Of a stretch of 64,000 nucleotides of DNA, positions 27,754 through 37,994 are shown piece after piece (within the stretch, counting starts at the first letter, position 1; each line of letters begins with the position of its first letter). Source of the stretch: a candidate division FCPU426 bacterium (GTDB taxonomy: Bacteria > Oederibacteriota > Muellerivitia > Muellerivitales > Muellerivitaceae); the NCBI GenBank assembly GCA_963796105.1, contig CAWCKJ010000016.1, forward strand, positions 1 through 64,000, in the 5' to 3' direction. The position numbers and the translations under genes were made by a program. A model generated the notes under the pieces. That model ran no database searches. It was given only the letters and a program-made list of their open reading frames with translations, and was not told the origin of the DNA.

Positions 27754-29226
27754 TTATTTTTTCGTTATCACCTCCTTGTCAGCCAGGGTGTTCCTTGCGA
27801 ATTCCAATGCCTCGTTTTTCCCCTTTTCGTTGGTCTTCTCCAAATAGACCCACCAATTGGCGGAACCTTTCTTGGTGGAATACTCGTGGAGGATTTCGAG
27901 AAGTTCTGGGGTGTATTTGACGGGTTTTGGCCCGGCGCTTTTGGGAGTTCCCCGAAAGACCACCGTGTTCCGTCCTGAATCTTTGGCGGTGTATAGACCG
28001 TGGTCCGCCGCCGTAATAATTCCTTCCAGGTTGGTGCCGTCTTCCCCCCATTCAACGAGGGCTTGGGATATGGTCACCGGGTAGTGGATAAGAAACAGAT
28101 CGTCCTTCTTGTGGTCAAACCCATCCGTAAAGTGGCGGATGTCCTCTTTCTGGATGATTTCATTCGTCTCAGTCACCACCTTCTCTTCACAGTGTTTCCT
28201 GAATTGCTCCGCTTTTTCCATCGCCTCTTCTTCGGTCCCGTCCAGCACCCAAACAAGCTCTTCGCCTCCATACCTCCAAATCCTGTTTTTGGTGAAGATT
28301 TGCTGGCCCGCCTTGGCCAAGGCTTTCAATACGGCGTTTCCAACCTGGTGGTTGTAGTGGACGTCGTTAAAGGATTTGAAAAAGTCGATATCTGCCATGG
28401 CGAGAAAAAATTGGTTTTTTCTACGGGCGGCTAGGGCTGGTATTTGCTGTACCGCCGCCCGGTCGTTCAAAAGGCCGGTTCGATGGTCTACCAAGGTTTC
28501 TTGGACCAAATCCTCCTGGGTGGTCTGGGTTTCCGATTCGGCACGCATCTCCTTTTCCAGGAAAGGGTCGAAGATTTGTGCGAAAAGCCATTTGAGGGGT
28601 TTGACTTTCTTCAGCTTTCCCAAGGCCTCATGCCGTCTTTTCTTTTTAGCCATTTCATATAGGCGGGTAATTTTGGAATCAGTAACACCTGCCTGCATGA
28701 GGGTCGTGCATAGGGTGATGGTGCGGTGGAATTGTCCGCAGGCGTAATGAGAAACTGCCAAAAGCGTCAAGTAGTTGTAGTTCTTGGGATACCTGAGGCT
28801 TAAGGTCTCGAACTTCTCGACTGCTGTTTCGTATTTTCCGGTGCGGATGCACAATTCCGCCTCCAACGCCACGGCTTCGGGGAAATCCCTCTTCATGGCG
28901 AAAATCTCCCCTAAACTTTCCCGGCAATCGGAATTGAGTCCCATTTGGTATTGGGCTCGGGCAAGCAATACGAGGCTTTCAGGTGTCTTTGGGGAGAAGT
29001 TGTGGAGCCTGTTAATCACCTTGAGGATGGAATGAGGTTGTTTGTACCTGGCGTAAATTTTGGCCGCTTCCAGGTGGGCTTCCACGTTCTGGGGCTGGTG
29101 ATTGGAGATGACCTCATCAAAAAGCTTCAAGGCTTCCTTGAACCGGTTCGTCTCCATGCACAAATGGGCGGATTGAAGACACCGCCTGGCCAACTCCGGG
29201 TTTATCTGCAATACGTTTTCTTCCAT
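27754..29226 (-). CDS. TPR-repeat GGDEF-domain protein
   Basis: N-terminal TPRs; DHRTGLLN, DIDFFKSFND..NHQVGN, RYGGEEL, AADHGLYTAKDSGRN. Confidence 0.88.
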   Translation of the reverse strand: MEENVLQINPELARRCLQSAHLCMETNRFKEALKLFDEVISNHQPQNVEAHLEAAKIYARYKQPHSILKVINRLHNFSPKTPESLVLLARAQYQMGLNSDCRESLGEIFAMKRDFPEAVALEAELCIRTGKYETAVEKFETLSLRYPKNYNYLTLLAVSHYACGQFHRTITLCTTLMQAGVTDSKITRLYEMAKKKRRHEALGKLKKVKPLKWLFAQIFDPFLEKEMRAESETQTTQEDLVQETLVDHRTGLLNDRAAVQQIPALAARRKNQFFLAMADIDFFKSFNDVHYNHQVGNAVLKALAKAGQQIFTKNRIWRYGGEELVWVLDGTEEEAMEKAEQFRKHCEEKVVTETNEIIQKEDIRHFTDGFDHKKDDLFLIHYPVTISQALVEWGEDGTNLEGIITAADHGLYTAKDSGRNTVVFRGTPKSAGPKPVKYTPELLEILHEYSTKKGSANWWVYLEKTNEKGKNEALEFARNTLADKEVITKK

Positions 29227-29230
29227 ATGG

Positions 29231-29827
29231 CTAAAACCTCTGGAAATCTGTCACGATCAGCTTCCCGTTCTCCTTCTTCACCACCACCACAAGGTGGAAG
29301 GGCAACTCGATCTGGGACCCCGGCCCCCTGGCGTCGGAGTTGTAAAGATTCTTGCCGATGACCTTCACCCAGTAATGGGTTCCGTCCGTGTTTTCCACGC
29401 TCGACCGGTCAATCTGCTGATAGGAAACGTAAGCCTTGGTGTCCGTAAGGAAGGCGACCCATTTAGGGTCGAGGAAGGCCTCCTGGTAATAGGACATCAT
29501 GTTGTCGCTCATGAGGTTCGCCACCTTGTCCACTTGGCGGTTGATATCGGTGTAACTGATGTTGAAAGCCATGATGGAAAACTTCTCAGCAAAGTCTGTT
29601 ATCTCCCTGGTTTGGGGGTCCTTATCCCCCACTTGCACGCTACCCCCGGAAACCTCTTTCTTGGAATCAGCAACATGAGCCCCTCTTCCCCAAAAGAGGG
29701 TGGAACCAAAACCGACCAGGGCAATAACGATTCCAAAGATGATTTTCCCGGCATACCCTTTTTTCTCAGGTTCCTTATCGAGAAGATCAAGAATGTCATG
29801 TCCGTCTTCCTTTTTCGGTTCGGTCAT
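29231..29827 (-). CDS. Bitopic conjugation protein (VirB8-like)
   Basis: Single TM followed by an NTF2-like helix/strand pattern; overlaps virB4. Confidence 0.55.
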   Translation of the reverse strand: MTEPKKEDGHDILDLLDKEPEKKGYAGKIIFGIVIALVGFGSTLFWGRGAHVADSKKEVSGGSVQVGDKDPQTREITDFAEKFSIMAFNISYTDINRQVDKVANLMSDNMMSYYQEAFLDPKWVAFLTDTKAYVSYQQIDRSSVENTDGTHYWVKVIGKNLYNSDARGPGSQIELPFHLVVVVKKENGKLIVTDFQRF

Positions 29828-32397
29828 TTCATGGCAACCTCATTTGGCTTATTTACGACCGCCTGACCGTCTTTTTCCTTTGGAGCGGGTTTCAAAACTG
29901 TCTTGGTTTCCTTGTCCTCAATCCACTTGGCGATGGCTCCTAATGTCGAAACCGGGTCTTCGTCCGGGGCGTAAGTTTCAAGATATTGGTCGCGGATGGC
30001 GGCTTCGGGGCCATAGGTAGTTGCGATGTGGTAGGCCAGTTCGTCGGGATAGATGTTCACGATTCCCTGACGGAGGGTCTGGTGGATCAGAGCTTGGGAA
30101 TAGACCCCCTTCACCAAATGCAGGTTCATGACCTTTTCCACCTGGTTCGGGTTTAGTTGTAAGAGGCCTTTGGCGTGGTCGATGTCATCCCCGACCAGTT
30201 TTAAAAGGATTTTGGTGGAGGTGTTCTTGAGGATGGCTTCCACACCCTTCACCCCGAAAAACTCCCCGATTTCCTGGGTTGCGAAAATCGGCTGGAGCCT
30301 CAAATGCCGGGCAGTCTTGGCGATACGGAGTAAAAAAGCTAATCCAGCAGGGTATTGGGCCAGATACCAGCACTCGTCCATGGCAAGTTGGGATAACCGG
30401 TTTAGTTCCTTGTTCTTTTTTGCTTTCGATAGGCAGTAATTTGAAATAACGAATACTGCCAAACCCACGGCCTTCTTGTCGTTGTCGCTGATGCCCGACG
30501 TATCGAAGACAATGAAGGAATTGTCCGCTTTCACGGTTGATTCACGATCCGTCAGGTTGGCATACATTCCCTTGCCCGTGAAAAGCTTCAAGACCTCGGC
30601 TTGCTTGCGGCAAATGTATTGGAATTCGGCTGGAACTTTCTTGTCATCTGCGGTTTTTAAAAGGGTATCTTTCAAGTCCGTTAATAGGGGCACCCGCCCT
30701 TCGCTTATAGTGTTCCGGTAGGTTTGTTTGACTGCCTCCTGGAGCAGGGCCTTGTCCAATTCCTCCGATTCCTCGATTCGGTTTTCCTTGATATTGGCCA
30801 GCACCACCCCCAGGTACATGATGATGCTTGAAATATGTTCTGGGTCGATCTCAGCGTCCTTTTCCTTTATCTCATCCAAGGGATAATCAAAGATGTTTAG
30901 GTGGTGTTTGCTGTCCAGGTCGTAATTAAGGTATCTGCCTCCCGCCAAGCGGCATAGGGTCTTATACGATTGAGATTTGTCGATGATCATGATGTAGGGG
31001 TTCATGGGAAGGTTCCTAATCAGGAGCTGGTTGATGCTGAAAGATTTCCCTGTGCCGGATGAGCCCACCACAAGAACGTTCCAGTTCTCCGTTTCCCTGC
31101 CCCAAAGGTTCAAATGAACCATTTCACCCGAAAGGGTTTTCCCCAATGGAACTCCGTCGGTATCTGCCAGGGGCTCGAACAGGCACGGAACGGCGTTTGC
31201 CATGACTGCTGTGGCCTGTAAGTGTTCATGGCCTGCCAAATCGGTTGCCTGGGGTAGGGTGGAGAGGAAAAGTCGTTTCTGCTCCGCGTAGCCTGAAAGG
31301 GGATGGACGTTCTTGAACATCCGGGAAAGGCTTTCATAACTTGAGGAAAGTTCCTTTTGGCTTTTGGAAAACAAGGTGATGTAGAGGGAGAATTTGGCGA
31401 GTGATGTTTTCCTTTCGGAAACGAGTGAAAGGACGCTTTGGCGGTAATCCAGCGCCGCCTGGGCCTCGAAGTTCATGACGTTCTGGCGTTTCCACAAGGC
31501 CCCCTGGTCGCTTTGGATTTGTTTTTCCACGATGGATTGGGCGCGAAACAAGTCCACCCCTTTGATATAGAAAGAAACCTTGAAATCGTCGGTACGCTCG
31601 TAAAGTTCCTGGAAAAATAGATTCTGTTCGTTGAAAGAAGGAAATTCCGTCACATATAGGGTTTTTCCAAAGGTTTCCCCCACTTTGAAATACTTGGGGT
31701 CACTGAAATCCCAAGGGGTAGTGGAAAGCATTTCACGCAGGGTTTGAATTCCGTATTCACCCCCCGAATAACCTGATGTTTTCTTGAACCTGTCGGGATT
31801 TCCCTGGAATCTTTCGAGGGATAACTCCTCATATAAGAGGGTGAAGATTTCCTCCTCAGTGGCCTCCTGGGGCTCAAGTCCTACGATATTTAGCTGCGAA
31901 ACCCAGGATTTCCCCCGCCTGAGAACCTCCTCAATCGGGGAAACCTTCGTTTCCTTCTTCTTGCTAGAAACTGTTGGTGTAGAAACCGTAAAAAGGACGT
32001 AAGACCTGAAATGGCAAATCCTTTCATCCGCATAGAACCGCCTGAGCCAATTACCCAGGAATTCCGGGTACTGGTTCCTGAAAATTTCTGGTGCGTTCTC
32101 ATGGATTCTTTCGTTATAACGACCAATAACATCCTCGACATCGGCCAAAACCCTTTTTGTCAGGAATTGGACTTCCTCCCCGCTCCTCAAATCAGCCAGT
32201 ACCGAGTCCAGTTTCCTGACCTTTTCCCCCAACACTTCGGGGTCTTCCATCCATGGGTTCAACCCGCCAGCTAGTTTGAACAGGCAGGCATATTGCTCCG
32301 GGTTCCTCAAGACGAGGTATCCCGGCCCCACAGACCTGATTCTCAACAACCCCGCCACTGGGTTGTTCTTGGCCCTGGATTTGAATAATCCGCTCAT
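29824..32397 (-). CDS. virB4: VirB4-family conjugation ATPase
   Basis: GSSGTGKS, IIDK, NIFD, DECW, ARH...FATQ, ILKNT. Confidence 0.9.
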   Translation of the reverse strand: MSGLFKSRAKNNPVAGLLRIRSVGPGYLVLRNPEQYACLFKLAGGLNPWMEDPEVLGEKVRKLDSVLADLRSGEEVQFLTKRVLADVEDVIGRYNERIHENAPEIFRNQYPEFLGNWLRRFYADERICHFRSYVLFTVSTPTVSSKKKETKVSPIEEVLRRGKSWVSQLNIVGLEPQEATEEEIFTLLYEELSLERFQGNPDRFKKTSGYSGGEYGIQTLREMLSTTPWDFSDPKYFKVGETFGKTLYVTEFPSFNEQNLFFQELYERTDDFKVSFYIKGVDLFRAQSIVEKQIQSDQGALWKRQNVMNFEAQAALDYRQSVLSLVSERKTSLAKFSLYITLFSKSQKELSSSYESLSRMFKNVHPLSGYAEQKRLFLSTLPQATDLAGHEHLQATAVMANAVPCLFEPLADTDGVPLGKTLSGEMVHLNLWGRETENWNVLVVGSSGTGKSFSINQLLIRNLPMNPYIMIIDKSQSYKTLCRLAGGRYLNYDLDSKHHLNIFDYPLDEIKEKDAEIDPEHISSIIMYLGVVLANIKENRIEESEELDKALLQEAVKQTYRNTISEGRVPLLTDLKDTLLKTADDKKVPAEFQYICRKQAEVLKLFTGKGMYANLTDRESTVKADNSFIVFDTSGISDNDKKAVGLAVFVISNYCLSKAKKNKELNRLSQLAMDECWYLAQYPAGLAFLLRIAKTARHLRLQPIFATQEIGEFFGVKGVEAILKNTSTKILLKLVGDDIDHAKGLLQLNPNQVEKVMNLHLVKGVYSQALIHQTLRQGIVNIYPDELAYHIATTYGPEAAIRDQYLETYAPDEDPVSTLGAIAKWIEDKETKTVLKPAPKEKDGQAVVNKPNEVAMK

Positions 32398-32684
32398 ATT
32401 TCCAACTCGCTGGGTTCCCGGCCCGGAAAAAAACTCTTGGGTTCCCTGTTGTACCTAATGATGTTTTCCAGGTGCCTTTCAGGCCAAAAACTCTTCATCA
32501 CGAAATAAAGGGTGGCGAGGATCAGGATTCCGAAAAAAATGACAAGGGACCCTTCCAGACCCCAGAAGATCATGAAACCCACGAAGGCAATGGCATCCCC
32601 GATGAAAACAAACATCAATTTGTGGAAGTCCGAGGAATAAAAAAGCCCCCACATTTTGGATTCCTTCTCAAGGGGTATTGCCAT
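32394..32684 (-). CDS. VirB3/PrgI-like membrane protein
   Basis: 96 aa, two TMs, directly upstream of virB4. Confidence 0.6.
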   Translation of the reverse strand: MAIPLEKESKMWGLFYSSDFHKLMFVFIGDAIAFVGFMIFWGLEGSLVIFFGILILATLYFVMKSFWPERHLENIIRYNREPKSFFPGREPSELEI

Positions 32685-34562
32685 TTAAACGGTCCTTTTC
32701 CCCTGGGGTCCCTGCCCCGGCCTTTTATAGTTCTTCCCTTGTTGAAGCTTTTTGGCGTAATCGCCGACAAGTTTTCTTTTCTCGTTTTCATTGGTCGAGA
32801 ATGACCCACTACCCTGGGCATCCCTCTTGAGGCTTCCCGCGATGACGTTCCCTGAGAATTTCTTGAGAAAACCGGAAACCGGGTTGTCCGGATCTTCCCT
32901 TTTGGGCTTGCCGCCTAGCCCTCCCAATTTCGCGATGGTGTTCAACCCCTGCATGGACTTTTGCCCGGCCAATGCTCCCCCAGCGGTCCCAATTCCAGGA
33001 ATAATGGAGCCCACAGCCGCGCCTGTTGCGGCTGCCATGGCCTGGCTGGTTTCCCCCGTCATCGTCTTCATGGCCCCAAATGTCCCAAGCCTTGCCTTAT
33101 TAGCCCCTAAAACAGCCCCTTTGGTGTCACGGGCGAATTCATTGATTCCTTCCCCTTTCAAATTCCCTCCCTTGAAGGATGTGAAAAGTGCGGCAAATTC
33201 CTGGGCGTTGGAGATCAATTGAAGACCGGCCAGTACCGCCACAGCCGTCAAAAGGCTGTTAACCCCGATTGTTTCCACCCCCCAATTGATGTTTGGGATC
33301 AGGTAAAGACCGACCAAGGTGATGGCCCAGATGACCGAATAAAGAAGGAGTTTTACGAAGTACTTGGTCGCCGCACCAAAGATGGGAGCAGTCGCGGGGT
33401 GCCCTAGACAGCCTATAAAGATGGGGCCAAGGATGAACAAGACCCACAAGTTCAATACCTGAAAGAACTTTGCGAAAATGACCGCGAAACAAGTAATGAG
33501 CCCCCAAATGGCGACTCCGCACTTGAGCAACCCGGCTGAAAACTCGGCCAACCTGCTCGTTGGCGCTGCCGCAGTCGTGTTTCCCGCTGTCCCGATATTG
33601 GTTGAAGCCTGACCCGATTGCTGGGGATATTGGGTCCCGTTATCCTGGACTAATCCCTGGAGTGAAAAGATGCCAGGTGTTTGATTACTGATGGTGTCGG
33701 CACCCTTTGAGATCAGCACATGGACAAGGGTGGGCATTCCAAGGATAAGGATGATCCCGCCCATGGCCTGGAAAAACCTGGAATTCCCTTTTTGGGAGTC
33801 ACCAGCCGAAATCGCCGAATAGCAGTTGTAAAAACCAATGACTACCAGTCCCAAGGCAACCAGGTAAATCAGGTTCCAAATGACTCCCTGGACAGTGATG
33901 AAATTTCCCCGGAAGTCGTATTGGGACAATTGGAAGGTGTTGGCCCCCCCATCCGCATTCAAGTCGATATTCTGGAAACCCTCCAAAACCCCTGAAGTTC
34001 TCAGGGTGTTCTGGTTGTAGATGTAGTAACCCATGGCCGTCACGCCAGTCGTTAAATAAGAAAAAATCGTCGGCCAGGCGAAAAGACATAGGAAAGCCGC
34101 CACGAATCCAATGACAAGACTTGGGTCAACAAACCTATTCCAAAGACCGGATGACCTTTGCCCCGTGTCGATCACAAACCCCACAATGAGGATAAAAAGG
34201 CCCGTTCCACTACTGATCTTCAGGAGATTCAAGACCACCTGGACAGCGTTGGCCCCCATGTTATTGGTCAACGCATTATAGGTATTGGGCGAGGCTAAAT
34301 TCGGGATATAGATGAGGAAGGTGCCGATATATTTGTCGTAAATCTTGAAGAGGGTTTGTAAGGCCCAATCCCCGATCTTATCCATCCCCTGGGCGACCCA
34401 ATCCCCTGCGTGTTTGGCCATGGCGTCAAAAATCCCACCCGACACCCCCTGCTCGATAGTCTGTGAGGATGGGCCGCTATCGGTTGATAAGAGCGATACG
34501 GCATTAGCCCTTGGGGCTCCCAAAAGGCATATAAAGATGAGGGGTAGGAGCCGCTTGACCAT
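32685..34562 (-). CDS. VirB6-like polytopic membrane protein
   Basis: Many TMs, LFILGPIFI motif, Gly/Ala-rich tail; operon position. Confidence 0.65.
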   Translation of the reverse strand: MVKRLLPLIFICLLGAPRANAVSLLSTDSGPSSQTIEQGVSGGIFDAMAKHAGDWVAQGMDKIGDWALQTLFKIYDKYIGTFLIYIPNLASPNTYNALTNNMGANAVQVVLNLLKISSGTGLFILIVGFVIDTGQRSSGLWNRFVDPSLVIGFVAAFLCLFAWPTIFSYLTTGVTAMGYYIYNQNTLRTSGVLEGFQNIDLNADGGANTFQLSQYDFRGNFITVQGVIWNLIYLVALGLVVIGFYNCYSAISAGDSQKGNSRFFQAMGGIILILGMPTLVHVLISKGADTISNQTPGIFSLQGLVQDNGTQYPQQSGQASTNIGTAGNTTAAAPTSRLAEFSAGLLKCGVAIWGLITCFAVIFAKFFQVLNLWVLFILGPIFIGCLGHPATAPIFGAATKYFVKLLLYSVIWAITLVGLYLIPNINWGVETIGVNSLLTAVAVLAGLQLISNAQEFAALFTSFKGGNLKGEGINEFARDTKGAVLGANKARLGTFGAMKTMTGETSQAMAAATGAAVGSIIPGIGTAGGALAGQKSMQGLNTIAKLGGLGGKPKREDPDNPVSGFLKKFSGNVIAGSLKRDAQGSGSFSTNENEKRKLVGDYAKKLQQGKNYKRPGQGPQGKRTV

Positions 34563-34925
34563 TCAACTCCCCGACAGGACGGAACTGACGGGTTTCGCCC
34601 CGAATTCGCCCGCTTTGAGGATGACAACGTTCAAAACAACTCCCGCCATGAGGATTCCCACGATGGCAAGAACACTTCCCCAAACCCGGTCCTTAGCTGT
34701 CGTGTCCCCCTTGCTGGATTCGGCCAGATGGTCCAGGACGTTCTTGACGCACATCAAAATCTTCCAAAGGCCATAGGCGTCCAGGAGAAACAGGATGATC
34801 ATCTTGAGGGGGGACAATTCCGGCATACTCGCCAATGCCTGGGAACGAACGTTATCCGCGCACATGAAAACTAAAGCCGTAATCCAGACCGTCTTTATCC
34901 AAACCAACTTGCTTCTTATCCTCAT
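34563..34925 (-). CDS. VirB2/TrbC-like pilin candidate
   Basis: Signal peptide plus two hydrophobic helices in 120 aa. Confidence 0.45.
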   Translation of the reverse strand: MRIRSKLVWIKTVWITALVFMCADNVRSQALASMPELSPLKMIILFLLDAYGLWKILMCVKNVLDHLAESSKGDTTAKDRVWGSVLAIVGILMAGVVLNVVILKAGEFGAKPVSSVLSGS

Positions 34926-34941
34926 GTTCTACTCCTTCAAT

Positions 34942-35802
34942 TTATTGGGCTGACGGTGCCCCGCCAGCGTTAGCCGACCCCTGGGATTGCAGTTGCTTGA
35001 CGTTGACGCCCCCCAATTGTTGGAGGGCGACGCTTCCCCCGGTTTGATTCGTGTTGGTTCCTGCTGTATTTAGGGCTGTTCCAGAACTCTGTCCCGACCC
35101 AAGGGATGTCCCCAATTGCTGTCCCGTCCCCAAGAGGGAACTTAAATTCGGTATCCCAAGGGCCTGCAAAAGCTGGGAAACAACCAAGGTTCCTAGGATT
35201 CCACCCAAGCTGGCTATGACCGTCCCTACAACCTGGTTGAAGACCTGCGCCAATTGGCTTTCACTTTGGGTGGGCTGGTATCCGGGTGCGACATATGGTT
35301 GGGGCAGGGCCGCGACCTGGTTGGCCGCTTGGTCGGCCCCTTGGATATTCCCCGACTGCAAGGCTTGGGCTTCCTGGCTGTAAAGATTTCCCGCCTGTTG
35401 GAACTGGGGGTCATCGCTTTGCTGCAACTGGACAGCGTATTGCTGGAGTTGGCTGGCGCTTTGGGGTGCGAAAGCCGTCCCGGCGGTATTGGCGAGTTGC
35501 TGGCTCAAGATGGAAAGTCCCTGCATGACCTGGCACTTCACCCAACTGGAATGACTCGCCTGGTTGTACTGGTTGGCCGTAAAAACGTGTGGTTTCCGTG
35601 GGGCGACGGCATAACTCCTCACAACCGCCTTTGCTGGATCGGCCTTGGGAAACTGGGAAAGCTGTTTCATGAGCCAGTCCCTAAAATCCACCACGTTCGC
35701 CTTCAAGGCCTCCTCTATTTTGGGATCATCTGGAACGGGACTGGCGAAAACCGGCAGGTGGGCCAGGGACAAAATAAGCAAAGAAAAGAAAATCCCTTTC
35801 AT
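34942..35802 (-). CDS. Secreted Gln/Ala-rich hypothetical protein
   Basis: Signal peptide, Q-rich helices and a late hydrophobic segment. Confidence 0.65.
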   Translation of the reverse strand: MKGIFFSLLILSLAHLPVFASPVPDDPKIEEALKANVVDFRDWLMKQLSQFPKADPAKAVVRSYAVAPRKPHVFTANQYNQASHSSWVKCQVMQGLSILSQQLANTAGTAFAPQSASQLQQYAVQLQQSDDPQFQQAGNLYSQEAQALQSGNIQGADQAANQVAALPQPYVAPGYQPTQSESQLAQVFNQVVGTVIASLGGILGTLVVSQLLQALGIPNLSSLLGTGQQLGTSLGSGQSSGTALNTAGTNTNQTGGSVALQQLGGVNVKQLQSQGSANAGGAPSAQ

Positions 35803-36242
35803 ATCTCACCCTTTTTCTTGAGGGTGAAAAACAGTTCCGCTAGTTCCTCATGTCTTTCAACACCTGATAAGGCGACTCCAAACGGTTCCACACCGGGTAT
35901 TTCAATGAAAAGGTCACCGATATTGAAAAGCTTTTGGAAAAGATTTTGTTTGCAAGTGATGTTGATGATCTTGTCGTAAGGAATGGATCTGGAACGTCTC
36001 GCCAGGATTCCGGTGCGGATTTCAAACCAATCCGGTTTTATGATGAACTTGGTAGTAGATAGGAATAACCAAACGCAAAGGAATAGGAAAACTTCAAGAA
36101 TCCAGAATCCCCTGAGGACATAGACAAGCCTCACTCCCTGGGGGACCAAAAGAAACAAGGCCAAGGGGACGATGAAAACGGAAAGGTATTGGAAAAAAGA
36201 TGGATGCAGTACCCTGAAATTTTCCGAAATGTTCTGATCCAA
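35799..36242 (-). CDS. Membrane protein with bacterial PH domain (bPH_2)
   Basis: Two TMs, then GILAR...IPYDKI.NI...QNLFQKLFNIGDLFI. Confidence 0.8.
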   Translation of the reverse strand: MDQNISENFRVLHPSFFQYLSVFIVPLALFLLVPQGVRLVYVLRGFWILEVFLFLCVWLFLSTTKFIIKPDWFEIRTGILARRSRSIPYDKIINITCKQNLFQKLFNIGDLFIEIPGVEPFGVALSGVERHEELAELFFTLKKKGEI

Positions 36243-36255
36243 AGTTCACCTTTGA

Positions 36256-36762
36256 TTAATAGAGCTGAACGAATGCCGGGTCGCTGTCCTGGGTGACATA
36301 AACGGTTAGTCCGAAATCCTTGATATAAGGCCGGTCCACCCTGATCCGGCACTTATAGGGGTTGTCCGTTGGCGTCCCCCCTTTCAGGAAAACTTCCCTG
36401 GTGGATTGGCGCTTCAAAAGCCATCCCTGGATGGTTTGGTCGCTGGAAATATCGATGATGAAATTGGGGCCGAAATTGGTAACCAAAGCGTTGACTTTGG
36501 CCACATCAGTTTCGGTTTGAAAGTTGTAGGTTTGAGTCTGGAAAGAGATTGCGGTTGGAAGTGCCTTCGGCACGGCCCTCTTTGCCCGGTGTGCGCCTGG
36601 AGTTTCCCCGCTTGAATTCCCAGCCCATGAATCATCCGGGGCCTTATGCTCCATGACCTGCTCAATGGCCCATTGGTCCCTTTCACGAACAGCCATAAAG
36701 GGATTCTCATCCGCAAAGGCTGGCGTAATGACTAAAAATATAAAAGGTACGAAGTACCTCAA
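36256..36762 (-). CDS. Secreted hypothetical protein
   Basis: Signal peptide ending AFA; overlaps the upstream gene. Confidence 0.65.
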   Translation of the reverse strand: MRYFVPFIFLVITPAFADENPFMAVRERDQWAIEQVMEHKAPDDSWAGNSSGETPGAHRAKRAVPKALPTAISFQTQTYNFQTETDVAKVNALVTNFGPNFIIDISSDQTIQGWLLKRQSTREVFLKGGTPTDNPYKCRIRVDRPYIKDFGLTVYVTQDSDPAFVQLY

Positions 36763-37985
36763 AACTGGACCCCTGTATCAATGCTGAAGGCGTAAGTGTT
36801 GTAACCGGGCGAAAGGAGAGGGATTTCAAGCCCGTTTGTCTCGTTCCCGCCCCCAACCGGCATGGGCAACGGCGTATTAATGTTTGTGGGATTCAACCGG
36901 GCGAAGGTGAAATCGCCAAGGGAATCGGTGACGTTGAAATCGATGAAAATAGAACGGATTCTTATCCGCGCCTGTCCGTACAAGGCCCTCTGGGGAAGTT
37001 GTGCGGACGGCGGGTCGATTCCGTTCCCTCCGGTGAAGGGATTATCGGGATTGTTGGCAATTGGGATTTGGGCCTCCAGGATGATCCGGTCCAGGGACAG
37101 GAAGTGCCAGGTGAAAATGTGCTCCCCCCTGGCCCCGAAGGCGAAAGCGTTCGTGTCGCCTGAGTGGGCCGAGTCCTGCACCCCGTACTCGAAGTAAAGG
37201 GTGTAGTCCCTGGCGAAATTAGCCTCCCCGCAAATGGAATAAGCCGGGTTCCCGCTCATGGAGGAATACTGGAAATCATCCGCCGCGCTGGCCCCCAGGT
37301 TGAAAAGAAGAACCGTCCTCAGATCACCGAAATTGAGTTTCATCCTAAGCTGGCCCATGAAATACCCCTGGGAGCCGTCAATAACGGCGTCCTGGGCTGA
37401 AAGAAGGGTTGGAAAATAGAAAAAGCTCAAAGAAGTCGGCGGGCTGGAAACGCTCTTGTAATCCTCCACCCCGAAAAAGAACTTGAAGGGGATATAAAGC
37501 TTGATCCCGTCCAGCCGTCTCAAGCCCATTAAGGGGTAACGCCCGAAAAAATGCGTGGTGCTGACAATATCCGACAAATCCATCCGCCCAATCCGCGCCT
37601 CCATCCAAGGTTCAGAAAGAGAGAAGTTCGCCTCCCTTAACTGAAGGCCTACCCCGTCGTCGGATGAGGAAAAGGATTTGGTGACCCTGACGGTTCCCTG
37701 CGCCGAAACGTCGTTCTCGTCAAGTTTTCGGACAGCGGAAAGGTCGAGCAAGGAAAACCCAAGGTTCCCTGACGCGTCACTGCCGTAATGGGCCGCAACA
37801 TTCGCGTTGAGGGCCTTGGATTCGTTGTCCACGTAAGGCGGCGGAACCCAGTTTGGCTTGGGTGTCGCAGTGGGACTAGGTGTGGGGGTTGGTGTTTTCT
37901 TCCCCTTGGGTTTTGCATATACGGAAGTAACGTTTAACAGAGCCAGCAGGCAGAAAATGCAAAATATACTTTTCATCACTTTCAT
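36759..37985 (-). CDS. Putative outer-membrane beta-barrel protein
   Basis: Signal peptide, PT linker, amphipathic strands, LREA...IGRM porin-like motif, C-terminal F. Confidence 0.55.
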   Translation of the reverse strand: MKVMKSIFCIFCLLALLNVTSVYAKPKGKKTPTPTPSPTATPKPNWVPPPYVDNESKALNANVAAHYGSDASGNLGFSLLDLSAVRKLDENDVSAQGTVRVTKSFSSSDDGVGLQLREANFSLSEPWMEARIGRMDLSDIVSTTHFFGRYPLMGLRRLDGIKLYIPFKFFFGVEDYKSVSSPPTSLSFFYFPTLLSAQDAVIDGSQGYFMGQLRMKLNFGDLRTVLLFNLGASAADDFQYSSMSGNPAYSICGEANFARDYTLYFEYGVQDSAHSGDTNAFAFGARGEHIFTWHFLSLDRIILEAQIPIANNPDNPFTGGNGIDPPSAQLPQRALYGQARIRIRSIFIDFNVTDSLGDFTFARLNPTNINTPLPMPVGGGNETNGLEIPLLSPGYNTYAFSIDTGVQF

Positions 37986-37994
37986 ATAACCCCC

